Shown: positions 49,871-62,387, numbered from the stretch's first letter. The stretch is DNA of 64,000 nt from Moniliella sp. 'wahieum' (GCA_003971905.1 RSEE01000073.1:186001-250000), one strand, 5' to 3'. Notes: generated by a model from the sequence alone, not told the origin. Made by a program: numbers and translations.

Positions 49871-51549
49871 ATGTCGCCGCCACCCGAGTCCCAACCGAAG
49901 CAAGACGAGTTCTTCCGCCCCATTGGCGACGTGGTCGAGAACCCAGAGGCACCCGCTCCTGTCGAGGTGAATGATGAGGATGACAAGGAGCTGATCACCG
50001 GGAGTGAGCTGGTGCAAGAGGTCGAGTCGTTGTGCATGAACTGCCACAAGACGGGCGTCACCCGCCTGCTTCTCACCGCCATCCCTTACTTCCGCCAGGT
50101 GGTCATTTCCTCGTTCTTCTGCCCCCACTGCGGCGAACGCAACAACGAGATCCAGCCTGCCGGCGAAATTCAGCCCAAAGGGGTGCTGTACACGGTACAT
50201 GTCACCCGCGCTTCGGACCTCGATCGGCAAGTGGTCAAGGCCGGTACGGCGACCGTCTCGATCCCGAACTGGAGCTTGAGATCCCGCCCAAGAACGGCCA
50301 GTTGACCACCATCGAGGGGGTCCTGTCCGACACGGTGCGCGATCTCGAAATCGAGCAGCCTTTGCGCAAGCACATGGCTCCCGAAGCCTATGAGAAGATC
50401 GAGGGCTTGGTTAAGCGCATTAAGGATGTGCTTGGGGAGACGGACGAGGAGCTGCCGGTTGCTTCGGGCGAAGGAGTTGCCGGACTCAAGTCCGAGGTGT
50501 GTGGGCTGCACCTCGTCGGGGGCCAAGACGGGCAAGTCGGCCGACCCAAATCGGGTGTTTAGCCCTCTGACTGTCCGCCTTGACGACCCGACGGGCAACA
50601 GCTTTATCGAGTTCCTCGGCCCGGCAGAGGGTCTGGGCGCCAAGGATGCCAAGTGGACCAAGCGCGACTACCCCCGCACGGCGGCACAGAACGAACAGTT
50701 GGGAATCGCACCGCCGCCAGCAGAGGAGGGCGAGCGGACGATCAAGACGACGAATGTTGCTGACGATGGCAACCTGACCAGTTACGAGGATAATGAGGTC
50801 TACTCGTTCCCGGGCACGTGCTCCTCCTGTGGTGCGCCCGTGGAGACGATGATGCACAAACTCACCATTCCTTACTTTAAGGACGTCATCATCATGTCGA
50901 CCAACTGCGACCGGTGTGGCTACCGCGACAATGAAGTCAAGGCGGGCGGCGCGGTCTCGGCTCTTGCTCGCCGCATTACGCTCAAGGTCGAAGACGCCGA
51001 CGATCTTTCGCGGGACGTACTCAAGTCGGACTCGGCTGCTCTGGAGATCCCCGAGATCGACCTGCGTCTTGCTCCTGGCACGCTGGGCGGTCGGTTCACT
51101 ACCCTCGAGGGCTTGCTCCAGCAAGTGTATGACGAGCTGAGTGAAAAGGTTATGAACGCTGGTGATAGTGGCGCTTCGCGTGGTGTGGAAGCCGATCGCC
51201 TCGAGAGTTTCCTTGGCAAGCTCAAGGGCGCAATTGCCGTCGAGTCGCCCTACACGGTTGTCCTGGACGACGCTCTGGCCAACAGCTACATCCAGTCCCC
51301 CTATGCCCCCGATCCGACCCACAGCTGACCTTGGAGGACTACAAGCGGACGTGGGACCAGGACGAGGATCTCGGCTTGAACGACATCAATGTCGACCCGG
51401 ACCAGTACCGCAAGGAGGGCCCGGAGTTTGAGGCATGGCAAAAGGCACATGATGAACATGAGCGCCAGCACGAACTGGAGGTCGAAGCCAAGGCTCAGGC
51501 CCCGAACGCGGCCGGGGAGGAGGCTAACCCCCAGCCCTCAGCGGCTTAA
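49871..51549 (+). CDS. ZPR1: Zinc finger protein Zpr1 (eEF1A chaperone); frameshifts
   Basis: Two ZPR1 modules: ESLCMNC..GVTRLLLTAIPYFRQVVISSFFCPHCGERNNEIQ and FPGTCSSC...IPYFKDVIIMSTNCDRCGYRDNEVK. Also GTLGGRFTTLEGLL and EDLGLNDI. Confidence 0.95.
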
Positions 51550-51896
51550 AGCCAAATCCATTTCTTGCTTTACCTATGACTCACGGCCTACTATAGTTGG
51601 TGCAGTCGTGGGTTGCCTCTACTAGTGATAGTGACTTTTGAATCCATAGATGTGCCATGAAGGTTGCCGAGTCGCGGAGTAGCGAGGATAAACTGCAGAA
51701 GAGGTAGACCAAGCGATTTGGACGCAGGTCGCTCATCTACCTACGTGCGGCTCATTACAGATGGATGTTCCAACCCTCTGAGCTATGCGGGTTAAAACGT
51801 ATGAATTGTGTAGGGCACTTTGACAGGGAATCATTCGCAAGTAGGGCCCTAGGTGGCAAAGAGTAAACGGGAACGTGTAATAGGGCAGGAAAAGTA

Positions 51897-54800
51897 TTAC
51901 TTTTTGGCCTGGCTCGGACTTGCCCCCGCCCGGATCTGGGCCATGAGCGACGTGGCGACCATTTTCTGGATTTCATCGTCGTTCATCCCTTCATCGTCTT
52001 CCATCTCCTTGGTGGGTTGGCCCGGCTGGTCGTCTGATACGCGCTTGGCCAGTTCAAGCTTGCGCGTGCCAAGGTCATAGATCTGCTCGTCAATTGTTCC
52101 CTGGGAGAGAAGGCGAATGACGGTCACATCACGTGTTTGACCCAGCCGGTGGGCGCGGTCGACAGCCTGCTTGTCATTGTGGGGTTGAAATTTAAGTCTT
52201 GATCGTACAACACCACCAGGTGGCGGCTGTGAGTTGATCCCCACGCCCCTGCGCGCGTGGTCAGAAGGAAGACGGGAATCGCTCGTCTTTGGTGAATTGG
52301 TTACTAGCTTTTGCCGGTCCTCGACCCGCGTTGCACCAGTAAAGCCAAGGTACTTGATCCCCAACACCTGAAGCGCTTCGCACAGAATATCTAGCACTGT
52401 GGTGAACTGCGAGAAGAGTAGTACCCTTTCACCCTTGGACATGGCTTCATCCAAGATCTTCCGCAGGGCCGGACCTGCGCTGTCGAGCCACGCATCGAAG
52501 GAAGAAACGTGTTTCCTCGTGTACTAGGAACTAAGTCAGTCAAGTGTGTCACTCAAGGAGTAGCACGTACCGGATAGGAATCAGCCACCTGGCTTAGAGA
52601 GGAGTCGGAGTGATGATGGCAAAGGTCTTCCTTGACATGGTCCAGCGGCTCGTCTGCGTAATCCGGGTTCTTGACATAATCCCGCGCCAGCGCCTCGATT
52701 TCTTGCGGTTCAAACCTGCGACGAAAGAGGAGCGGGTGGTTTGCTGCCTTGCGCACAGTCCATCAGGATTGGCCTGACTTGGCCGCCGCCGTCGCGTTGG
52801 CCTTGGCTGTCTTGCCTTATTCTCTTGCCCCTCTAGAGCGCTTTTCCGAGCACCAGTGAGGACATCGGCATACACCTGCGCTTGAGCGGGCGTCATATCG
52901 CATCGAATCACCCGTTCCGTCTTGCTAGCCAATTCGTGCGCAAGCACATTCTCCTTCCTCCTCCGCAGTACGAATGGCTTCATAAGAGCCTTGGCCCGCT
53001 CTACCCGCTCGGTACTGAGAAGGCTCGAGTTGGAGGAAGAAAGTCGTTGGCTTGGCTTTGAAGATGGACTCGAGCAGCTCTGAGTCAGCATCGTTAAAGT
53101 AGTTGGGCAAGATGAAGTTGAGCAACGACAGCAGCTCTCCCAAATGGTTCTGCAGTGGCGTGCCAGTGAGCAACAGTCGGCGCCGGGCAGGGATGCGCAT
53201 CAGTTTTTGGTAGCGCTCCGAACGCCGATTCTTGAGCATGTGCCCCTCATCGAACACACAGACATTGAACTGGCGCTTGCGGAAGAAACGAGCATCATAT
53301 TTGCCAGCGGATCCACCCGAACTGGCCATATCGTACGTGGTCAATACAACGTCCAATTCACCAGCATCCTGCTGATCGGCAATTTGATCTCGGAGGATAT
53401 CCCTCTCTTTCTGAGACCCCCAGTAGACAGCCACATGCAATCCACCGTCCCTTTTGGGGCTCGCAGCCACTTCCAGTTCTCGTCGCCAGTTCTCCAACAC
53501 CGATGAAGGGGCGATCACGAGATGTGGGCCCGGCTCCCCCCTTGCTTTGAGAGCAAGGAGGAAAGAGATGACTTGGACAGTCTTGCCGAGTCCCATTTCA
53601 TCAGCGAGAATGGCAGAGAGGTGGTGTTTGTACAGGAGGCTCAGCCAGTTGATCCCCGTGAGCTGATACGGTTTCAACTGAAACTGCTCCGACAATCCTC
53701 GTGGCTGCTCAGACAGGTAGCCTTCCTGTCGCGCTTTGGCATTGGGAATCCGGGCGCCCCCCTCATGTTGGTAATGTGGGGTCTCCAGGGCCCACCTTTG
53801 CATGTCCTTTAACAGGCGCCGACCCACCTCTTCCACCCGATGGAGGATCTTGTCCACTTGCTGGTAGCCAGCCATCACCTCCACGCATGTATGGAAGAGA
53901 CGAGGGCTAACACCCTTGGCTGCGCGGTCGCCTAACTTGTCGTCCACCTCATCTTCATCTTTGAATGGACGCAGCGAGGCAATAGTCGCAGCTTGTGCAG
54001 CGCTGCACCCGATCGTCTCGCACAGGGCAGTTTCGCTCGCGGAATTGAACCACTCGATCGCACTGGTCATGTTCCTCGCACCGCCATCGTCACTCTCTTC
54101 TCCGGAATCAATCTCGATCACGTCATCGTGGTCACTGTCGGTGGGAATGAGGATCGTTGGCGGGCTCTGTGCCTTAGTCTTGCTCGGAAGTGGTTTGTTC
54201 TTCACGGCGGGTACGGGCGACAAAGGGAAAGGACTCCTCAAGGAACTAGCGCCAGGGTGAGGCCGGGGCATGCGGGCGGATCCATTGGTGCCTGAACCAC
54301 TTGTGTCAGGGGACGAGGGGTCAGTTGATACAGCCCTGGAAGACTTGGGGGGCCCACGACGAAACTTGCGAGTAGGCATGATCTCTTCCACTTCCGCCTC
54401 TTCTTCCTCCTCCTCCTTGCGTTGGGGCAGGGCAGAGTAAAAGCTAGGCCGGGTCTGGGGTTCCCGCTTGACGGGTGGAGGGCATGGCTACTGTTCCTCA
54501 CATCCCTGCACTGGTTCAGATGCGCCGTTGTCTTGTCCTTGTCCCAGCCCCTGGCAGCCAACGTGGCCAAGACGCTTTCGGAACGGAACTCGTCAAAATG
54601 GGTGCAGAGCTCCTCGTAAACTGCGCGATGCGCTGATGACAGGGTGCCGGCGGACACCTTCCTTTCCTTAGAGCGCCTCCCCAACTCAGAGAGCGTATCG
54701 GAAGCACTGCTGTTGTTCCGGGTCAACGTTTCTTGCACCTCGGCGAGGAGAAACTCGGGATAGAGCGCGTTGATGCGCAACGCCTTGGCCCCACCGTCGG

Positions 54801-54930
54801 GCGTGGCTTTGCGGTTGCTGGCACGTGGCGGGAATAGATGGTGGTTGCCAGAGGAGTCAGAGTCTTCGGGGCTCCGCTTGTGACCGGCCAGCGGCTGTGC
54901 CTTGAAACGCTTCAGGTCGGGCGGTGGCAT
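51897..54930 (-). CDS. FUN30: SNF2-family chromatin remodeller Fun30/SMARCAD1 (Fft-like); several frameshifts
   Basis: LKPYQLTGINWLSLL, ILADEMGLGKTVQVISF, FDEGHMLKN (Fun30-type), LLLTGTPLQN, KPFVLRRRK, RKAANHPLLFR, RVLLFSQFT, PHNDKQAVDRAHRLGQ. Confidence 0.9.
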
Positions 54931-55359
54931 TCGTCGGTGGCGGTGAGGGAGGGTGTGTGGCGGTTAGGTTCATCCCCGATCTAACGTTCCACTTCGATCT
55001 CCCGACTCGCATTTTTTTTCAGCCGCGTCGCGTTTTCCCTGCCTGGAGTCTAGGGTTATCGGTAAGTCATTACGTGGACTACGCGTGCAACATGTAACGT
55101 GCTTCACGCTTCAGGCACTGGTCACGCTAGTCAGCAATCGATTAATCAGCCTCCATTAAATATTAACCGATAATCATTAATCGCGTAATCGATATCATTG
55201 ATCGATGCTCAGCCTGAGCGCGTTCATCCTCACGATGATCAACGATTGGGTTGGGTCCTCTCCAAGCTTCAACTTTCTTCACCCTTCACCAACCAGCCTG
55301 TAAGGCAAATCCAATCCAATTCATAAACTTGTCCATCCTCTTAATCATTGCGACCATTC

Positions 55360-56588
55360 TTACAACCACCGCATCACCTCCACCTCCAATACCATCCGGC
55401 AGTTGTCCTTATCCGGTAGCCAGACGTCCGTCTGCATGGGTGTTAGCCGGGGGGATGGTGAGGGCTTGGACGATGGCAGGTCGTCCACGTCTGATTGGTT
55501 GAACGAACTAGAGCAGGCATGCTGAGTCTGTTCTGCCATAGGGAATCCCTCCGATTCGTCGAGATCGAACGAAAAAGCGAATCCGGGGTCCTCCTCCGCC
55601 TCTTGCTTGGAGGGGTTAGGTATCTTGATGGGCCGGCAGTCCGCGTGCGCAGGAAATTTCGGGTCACTATCGGCCGACAAGGCCAGGCTGAATGCCGAGT
55701 CATCCGGGAAGGGGCTGATATCCTCCTCTTTTTGTATCGGTATGCCCAGGGCAGCTTCAAGGTCCGAATGGTCGAAGACCCCCATTCCCTCCCGTTCGCG
55801 GCGGATCATATCGAGCTTCCGACGCAGACGGCGAGCTCGGGCAGCATGCCGTTTCTTGTTGAGCTTGGGCTCTGCGTCATAAGCAAGTGGGGGTTCTTCC
55901 GTCCCCGTCTGGGCTGCTACCACGGCCCTCATCACGTGTAGGCTCGGGCCGGACGGGCGCGAAGACCCCTGCTCTTGGGTGCGAGTGAGTTCAGGCCATA
56001 GCCCCGCAAATTGAGAGGGATAGAAGAAGTCAGAAGCGCGCGCACCATCTCCTCCGACAGAACCTGGATCGCATCCCCATCTTCCTCGTCAATTCTCAAG
56101 GAGGGCGAGGGGCGCTTAGTCCAAAGAGGAACATGGTCCTTTCGGATCGCCATAGCACGCACGATACGGAGCGTTACCCTCTTTCCCGAGTCCGTAGCCC
56201 CCGGAAGAGGAAGCGCATCAGGTGCCGACAGAGAGGCCACCATCCGATTGAGGCAGTCCAAGCTCCTGCTCATTATTGAAGGTGGGACGCCTGCACAGGC
56301 ACCATCGTCCAGGATACCGAGCATATAAGTTGCCGCCTGAACTGGGGCTGGAGACGGACTCTGCCCCAATCGCCAAAGCAGCTGGGTGACTAGCCGCTGC
56401 TCCCGTTTGGGGTTGGGGTCGAGAAAGAGCTTGTACTCCACGCTGCCGCACGCATCGGGTTCGGGAGGAAAAGTATAGTAGTTGCTCCCCTCTTTGACAA
56501 AAGCGAGCGCGTCGGGAGTTCCATCAGATAAAGAAAGTTGGTCCATGTCCTTCTCAAAGGACTGGGATGTTGGTATTGGCACGGCCAT
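55360..56588 (-). CDS. Protein with a GTPBP1/GTPBP2-type N-terminal domain but no GTPase domain
   Basis: FPPEPDACGSVEYKL..RLVTQLLWRL..ATYMLGILDDGACAGV..MSRSLDCLNRMV parallels GTPBP2 PPE..GNIEYKL..HLVTQMKWRL..AVYQIGVEDNG. It is followed by low-complexity sequence ending RMVLEVEVMR. One frameshift at ~55950; the 3' end is uncertain. Confidence 0.7.
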
Positions 56589-58011
56589 TGCGGCGAGTAG
56601 AGTAACGTGGGGGGGAGATGTGTAGGGGGTTAGGCAGGGGGCGCGGATCGTATGAGGGATGATGTTGATCGTGTTCGATAGGTAGCGAGAGAAGTGCGGG
56701 CCGATGTGTTTCCCAGGTTGGCCATTGCCAAGGGCGTGGTCGGGCGGGAAAAAGTGGGTAGAGACGGTGGTGGGAGAGGAGACGGAGAAGGGGGAGACGC
56801 GACAGTGAGTCAACAGTCCTTTAACCCATCTGGCTGACTCGAACGTCAAGCACAGCAACGCAACTGCGCGGAATTGCTGGCGACTCCTCATTTCAAATGA
56901 AATGTCTCATCAATAATTCCGCTGTCCCCTGGAAATTGCTTCTTGTATAACCTCAGGCTGAGGCCTCCTGGCCTCATGCCCATGGCTCATCGATCCTCTT
57001 CATTGTGACACCACGCCCGGAGCAGCCAGCCTGGCGACGAGGTACGGGCTATGGCAAGCTGTGGGAGCCAAAGCGGAGCAAACAAGGAGGCAGTGACTTG
57101 GTTGTGTCGGGCTTAATATTAGGTGCATCGGCTTCCCCACTTGCCCAACTTATCCTGGCCGGCAACCCCGCCGACCCCGCCGGCCGATTCCCCACGGTAC
57201 TCAAATTTCAAAAGCGATTAAGCTCTGGCATGTGACACGTGACAGATGATGCATACTGGCGAGCGGAACACGCCTGGTTCCGCAAGTCCTGCCTCCACCA
57301 GTCAGAACATCTTCGCCTTTTTAAGGTCGGCCTGACTGAACTTTCCTCTCTTTTTTCTTGACCCCACCACCACCAACCACGAGATCCAACAGCAATTCAC
57401 ACTGCACTAATTCAAGAACGTGAGCAAGGCCTGTGCAAGGGACAATGCTCAGCACTGAACCTGGATGAAGGGTGAAGCTCCAGGTCTTCAGTCCCCAAGA
57501 GTAAGATGAAGCGCGCCTGTCCGCGCCATGTTGTTGGACTGTCGGTGCTGGAGCATTTCTTTGATGAGATTCAAGCAGACACTAATGGCCCCCAGTAGAA
57601 GTCTCCCTTTATGCTCCTATCGGAGGGTTGACCGGGAAAGTGGGGCCAGACGAAAGGACCGGCATGTCCGGGCTCCAGGCATACTATCCAGGGCAGCCGT
57701 TTGCTACGCTGCGCTGGCTGATCGCAATGGCACATCTGTCTAATTTATGGTTTTGGTTTTCATCTGAGTCTCCACCCTAAATCCATAGCGTTTGTAAACC
57801 TTCCGTAAAGTGCACAGGAAACGCTCGACACCTATCTGAACTGGAGGCAGTGCGGATGGATGCGGATGAACGCAGTGGACATCGAGGCCAATCGTTTCTG
57901 AGATTTCTGCTCCATTCGTAGCTTCCGCGAAATGCTGGGCGCCTACCAGGCTCTGCGAGCTCACCCCGTGTGAGTGCTGCTCATGGCAACCCAATCAGGA
58001 ATTAAATACGG

Positions 58012-58232
58012 TGTCGCCAACAGAGGTCAAGGGTCAAGACCCTCTGGCTCCGTCCATTTGCTCCAAAAAACGGGGTCGAGCTCGAGTGGATGTGAAGAGA
58101 GTGGTATATGTGAGCGATCGATGAACCATCTCCAATGCGACTCTTCCGCAAGTTCCTTCCAGTGTGCAAACCTCTTGTGGGCCATTTTCGTGGCATGTGT
58201 GTACCCGCCCGGCGCATCGTGCACGACCGGTG
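58012..58232 (-). mobile_element. Degenerate, 5'-truncated 3' remnant of a CRE-like retrotransposon
   Basis: GYTHATKMAHKRFAHWKELAEESHWRWFIDR..KWTEPEGLD aligns with the C-terminus of the element at 28.6-28.8 kb (GYYGTKTAGKLFAHWKELATKSQWKWFLAR..GWREPEGPD). The post-stop DNA is also similar (ttgacc..tggcg). Confidence 0.8.
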
Positions 58233-58462
58233 ATCGGTGATCGGTGACGGTGACCAGGCGGAGGAAATGCTAAGAATTCACCACAACGGAAACATGAAAC
58301 GTTCAACTTCCACCCTTGACATGTAATTCCGCTTTTCGGGCTGCGGAAGGCAAAAAAATCTTTTGAGCGACTCGAGTTGACTGCTTGACTCGTCTACTGT
58401 GCCCCATCTTCCCTTGCCTCGAAACTCAAGGCCAGCAACCACCACCACCACCACCACCACCC

Positions 58463-59780
58463 ATGTCTACGCCCGCCGAGAAGCCCTCTGCCCCCGAGGC
58501 TGCCGCGCCTGCTGTGGCCGAGTCGTCTACTGCGCCTACTACTGCGCCTGCCCCGGCCATGGACAAGGATGCGGCCAAGGCGGCGACGGTCAAGCAGATT
58601 GAGTTCTACCTCTCGGACGCCAACTTGCCCTTTGACAAGTTTCTGTACCAGCTGTCTCAGAAAGACGACCACTGGGTGCCTCTTTCGGTCGTGTCAACGT
58701 TCAAGCGGATGAAGCCGATGGCCTCGGCTTTGTCTCTGGAGGAGATGGCAGCTGCTCTTGCGGAGAGCTCCAAGCTTGAGGTGGACGAGAAGGCGCTCAA
58801 GGTGCGCCGCAAGACTGCGCTTCAGCCGCAGCCTGACTCGTACAAGCGCAGCGTGTACGTGAAGGGGTTCCCTTTGCCCGCAGATGGCGACAAGGAGACG
58901 CCCGAGCTTCAGGAGAAGATCGAGCAGTGGTTCTCCCAATTCGGCACCCTCAACTCTGTCCGTCTACGCCGTGAACAGCCATCGCGTAAATTCAAGGGCT
59001 CTGTCTTTGCCGAGTTTTCGACCCAGGATGAGTGCGACGCGTTCCTTGCGAAGGATGTGGCGTCTATCCCTCGTTTCCAGGACGACCTGGAATTGACGGT
59101 CATGAGCAAGGGTGGCTACTGCGATATGAAGATGAAGGAGAAAGGGATTGACCCCGCTACGCAAAAGTTCTCTTCCAGCGGCCGAGGGTTCAATGCGTTC
59201 CGGGAGTCCAAGGACCGGAAGGACAAGCCCAAGTCTAAAGTGATTGAATTTGAATTTTTGGGCAACCCGCTCACTACCACTGAGGAGGGCAAGGTCGACC
59301 CGGAAGCCCTGACTGTGCCGGACGATTCGGTCTTGCGCTTCACTGGTGCTGGCGAGGGGGGCAACTGGCGCTCGCTTAAGGAGACTCTGATCGCCATTTT
59401 GCCCACTGCATTTGTCGAGTTCCCTGCGGGCGCTACTGAGGGGGCGGTGGGCTTCCGCCAGACGGTGACCGACGAGCTGCTCGCCAAGATCAAGGACGCC
59501 AAGATTGAGGTGGGAGGCGCGGCTGTGGAGTGGGCGCGGGTGCCCGCTGACGAGGCCAAGAAGTTTTTCCTCGAACGCGCCAACTTCCGTGCGGCTACGC
59601 TCCTGGACCAAAACAACCGGGATGCAGGCTCGGGTCGCGGCCGTGGACGTGGACGTGGCGGGCGTGGGGGCCGGGGTGGCCGTGGTGGTGGCCGCGGCGG
59701 CCGGGGGGTTCAACAAGCGCAAGGCTGACGACTCGAACGCCCCGCCTAAGGTGGAGAAGAAAGCCAAGACGGATGCCTAA
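58463..59780 (+). CDS. LHP1: La protein (Lhp1/SSB): La motif, RRM, xRRM and RGG tail
   Basis: KQIEFYLSDANLPFDKFL, WVPLSVVSTFKRM, RSVYVKGFP, KFKGSVFAEF. RGG box with a frameshift leading into KRKADD..KKAKTDA*. Confidence 0.93.
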
Positions 59781-59943
59781 GTCGTTGGCCGTCTTGGGCC
59801 AATGTCGTCGATCGCCTCGTTGTGTTTGAACTAGAAAACTACCCTTCGCATCCTATCCGTTCCCACATGTAGATGACCTCATATTTGGATGCAATGGCTG
59901 CGTGAGGGACGTGTAGATGATGTCTCGTAGCCTCACATGCACC

Positions 59944-61650
59944 TTACACTTCACCCCCGTCGTTCCTTTGCCACGCTTCAACTTCGTGGAACACCTCCAC
60001 CGCCAAGGCGCCCGCTACGCCTGGGGTGACCTGCTCAGCATAGAGCAGCGCCCGGCTCAACGCATCCACAGTCGCCACCCGGACCTCAGGCGTCGGAGGA
60101 GGGACACCTGGCACAGTCCCCGTCTCTGCGGGCGCATCCAGCACGGCTTCCCGCAACCGCTGAAGCACAGGGACGAAAATGGTGTCGTACGCACTAACTG
60201 TTTCCTCCTCCTCATACACTTCGTTCGTCACCTCGGGGCGCGTGTCGTGTCCCGCCTTTCGACGACTCCCCATGCGGAGAGAACCAGCGCCCTCCATGCG
60301 TTTGCGCACCGACCCAGATCGTGGCGCATGGTTTTCGTCCGTAAAGTCCCAGTCTCGCTGCCCCCGCTCCTCAGGCACAGCACGACGAACGGTGTTGCTC
60401 TCTCCGGGGAGAGCCGTTGCAGCCCGCGCTCCGCCCGCAACACCATTGGTCACTGTGCCACGTACCTGAACGGGGGGATTAGGGGTATGGGAACTGGGAG
60501 GAAGGATGGGCTCGTCGAGCGGGGCAGGCCGCGGGAGCGTGCCTTTCTTCATGGTTCCAAAGTCCCACTCCTCCTCTTCGCGACGTAACTCTCATCCGCC
60601 ACGGGCGGGGCACGATCCTCTTCTTTATGGTGCTCCGCCTTGTATTGATCGAGCCGGTCGATGAGTTCGGTCAGGTAGGACGTCTTTTTGGCCTGCCGGA
60701 TGAATTTGTGTCTCAGCAGGTCGGAAGCAGTAGGGCGCCGTGCTGGATCGCGCTGGAGGCAAAGACCGACAAAGTCTCGAAAGGTGCGGGAGAAGGATTC
60801 GGGCAGTTCAGGTGGGGGATTCTTGGGGATCAGAAAGAGCACCTTCATGGGATGGAGTTCGGCGTAAGGCGGCTCCCCCATGGCCATTTCGATGGCGGTA
60901 ATTCCCAAGGACCAGATGTCGGCTTTGGCGTCGTACCCCGACTGCTTGATTACCTCCGGGGACATCCAGTAGGGAGTGCCAACAAACGTGTTCTTCTTGG
61001 TCATCGTCGCTGTAAGCTGGCCTGACACGCCAAAATCGGCCAGCTTGACTTCGCCAGCAGATCCAAGCAAGACATTGGCTGCCTTGACATCACGATGCAA
61101 TTTTCCTTCGCCATGGAGGTACTCCAGCCCGCAGAGCAGGCCCCTGCACACAATGGCAATGTAGGCCTCTGGGAATCGACCTGGCTTCATCTGTTTCCTT
61201 GGTGAGTACACGCGCCAACTGACACACACAAGGGAAGGGAGAGGCACATACCAAGTCAGAGCAGCTCCCACCGGAGCAAAATTCCATGACAATCCAAAGC
61301 TTGGAACCCTTGAGCCAAGAGCCATAGTACTTGGTCACAAAGGGGCTGTCGAGCTGGGAGAGAATGGCGATCTCCTGTTGGATGTCCTCGATCTCATCCT
61401 GGGCCGCTTCCAAGTCAATGATTTTGATGGCAACCGGGTGTGGGTGAGTTTAGAAAAGCCCTTGTACACCTCCCTGATCCACACAATAAACCCCTGGCGT
61501 CAGTGTGCCGCGTGGCAAGGGCAGAGCAAAGAAGGGGCCATACCCAAACGACCCGTGACCGATCCGGTCTTGGAGCACGTAGATATCGGTGGGGTCCTCG
61601 GACGGGCGGTTGCCTGGGCCCGCGTGCGAGGGCGTGCGAGCGAACGCCAT
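59944..61650 (-). CDS. Ste20-like germinal-centre kinase (MST3/STK24 group; Don3-like)
   Basis: [96 protein letters not shown]-term [15 protein letters not shown]. Introns present. Confidence 0.9.
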
Positions 61651-61810
61651 GTCCACCCAGGCTGGCAGTGGTGGCGGTGAGAGAAACCTGGTGGTGGCTG
61701 CCACCACCTGATCAACACAAAATAGAAAGCTCCACACGGTGGTTTGGGTTTCGTTTTTCCGACATCGGAACGCGCCTACAGGACGGGTAATATGCGAAGA
61801 TCCAAGCAAG

Positions 61811-61914
61811 GCACTCGTGATCAAGTGGTTAAGATGCAACTTTCCCATGTACTTGGGGTTCCATCACGAGGACTAGCGCAAGTTGTTGCCCGGGTTCGAA
61901 TCCCGGCGAGTGCA
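61811..61914 (+). tRNA. tRNA-Gly (anticodon CCC) with a 32-nt intron at 61848-61879
   Basis: Acceptor GCACTCG/CGAGTGC plus discriminator A; D arm ATC-AAGTGGTTAA-GAT; anticodon stem CAACT/AGTTG with TT-CCC-A and an intron after position 37; T arm CCGGG-TTCGAAT-CCCGG. Mature length is 72 nt. Confidence 0.93.
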
Positions 61915-61919
61915 TTTTT
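61915..61919 (+). terminator. RNA polymerase III oligo-T terminator
   Basis: TTTTT immediately after the tRNA 3' end. Confidence 0.8.
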
Positions 61920-62387
61920 ATCATTTTTCAGTGGCGTTGATCCCCACAGTGGTAACTTGTTCCACAACTACACCCAACTGCACCACAGTCTGTGGAATAA
62001 CCCCTGAGTAGTGACTGTGGACATACCGGTGCGCGCCATCTCTTGTCAAGTGCATGTCAAGCTGCGCAATTGGTGACTCTGACATCCTGTTGATTGCGTG
62101 GTGTGGGGAACGTTGACGGTTTGCTACGTGTAATAATACGACCTTGATGATTATTGCACTCCCATCTTGTTTCCAGCTGAGTATGGCTTGTGGACGAGAG
62201 GAGCGCAGCTTGAGGGGCAGAAGTCCAAGAGCTGTTCAGCTAGAGACAGAGAAAGGGAACTGAGTGGTGGTGGTTAAAGTGTGCTGACGTCATCGGCTAC
62301 TGGACTTGTGTTTTTGTGGTCCCAGCTCGAGCAACCAACAAGCTGCAATGCGCCTATGGCCAACAACACTTGTCTGCCGCCATCATC

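Noticed and set aside
55020..55090. MCB-like ACGCGT/CGCG sites upstream of FUN30
   Set aside because: Plausible, but such short words are common at this GC content, so they are not supportable on their own.
59944..61650. Ste20-like kinase as a sign of a mating-type locus
   Set aside because: It is a GCK-type kinase with an N-terminal kinase domain and no CRIB/PH domain. I found no pheromone, STE3 receptor or homeodomain genes in the window.
62143..62182. TGATGA...CTGA box C/D-like pair downstream of the tRNA
   Set aside because: The spacing (~40 nt) is too short, and I recognise no terminal stem or rRNA-complementary guide.
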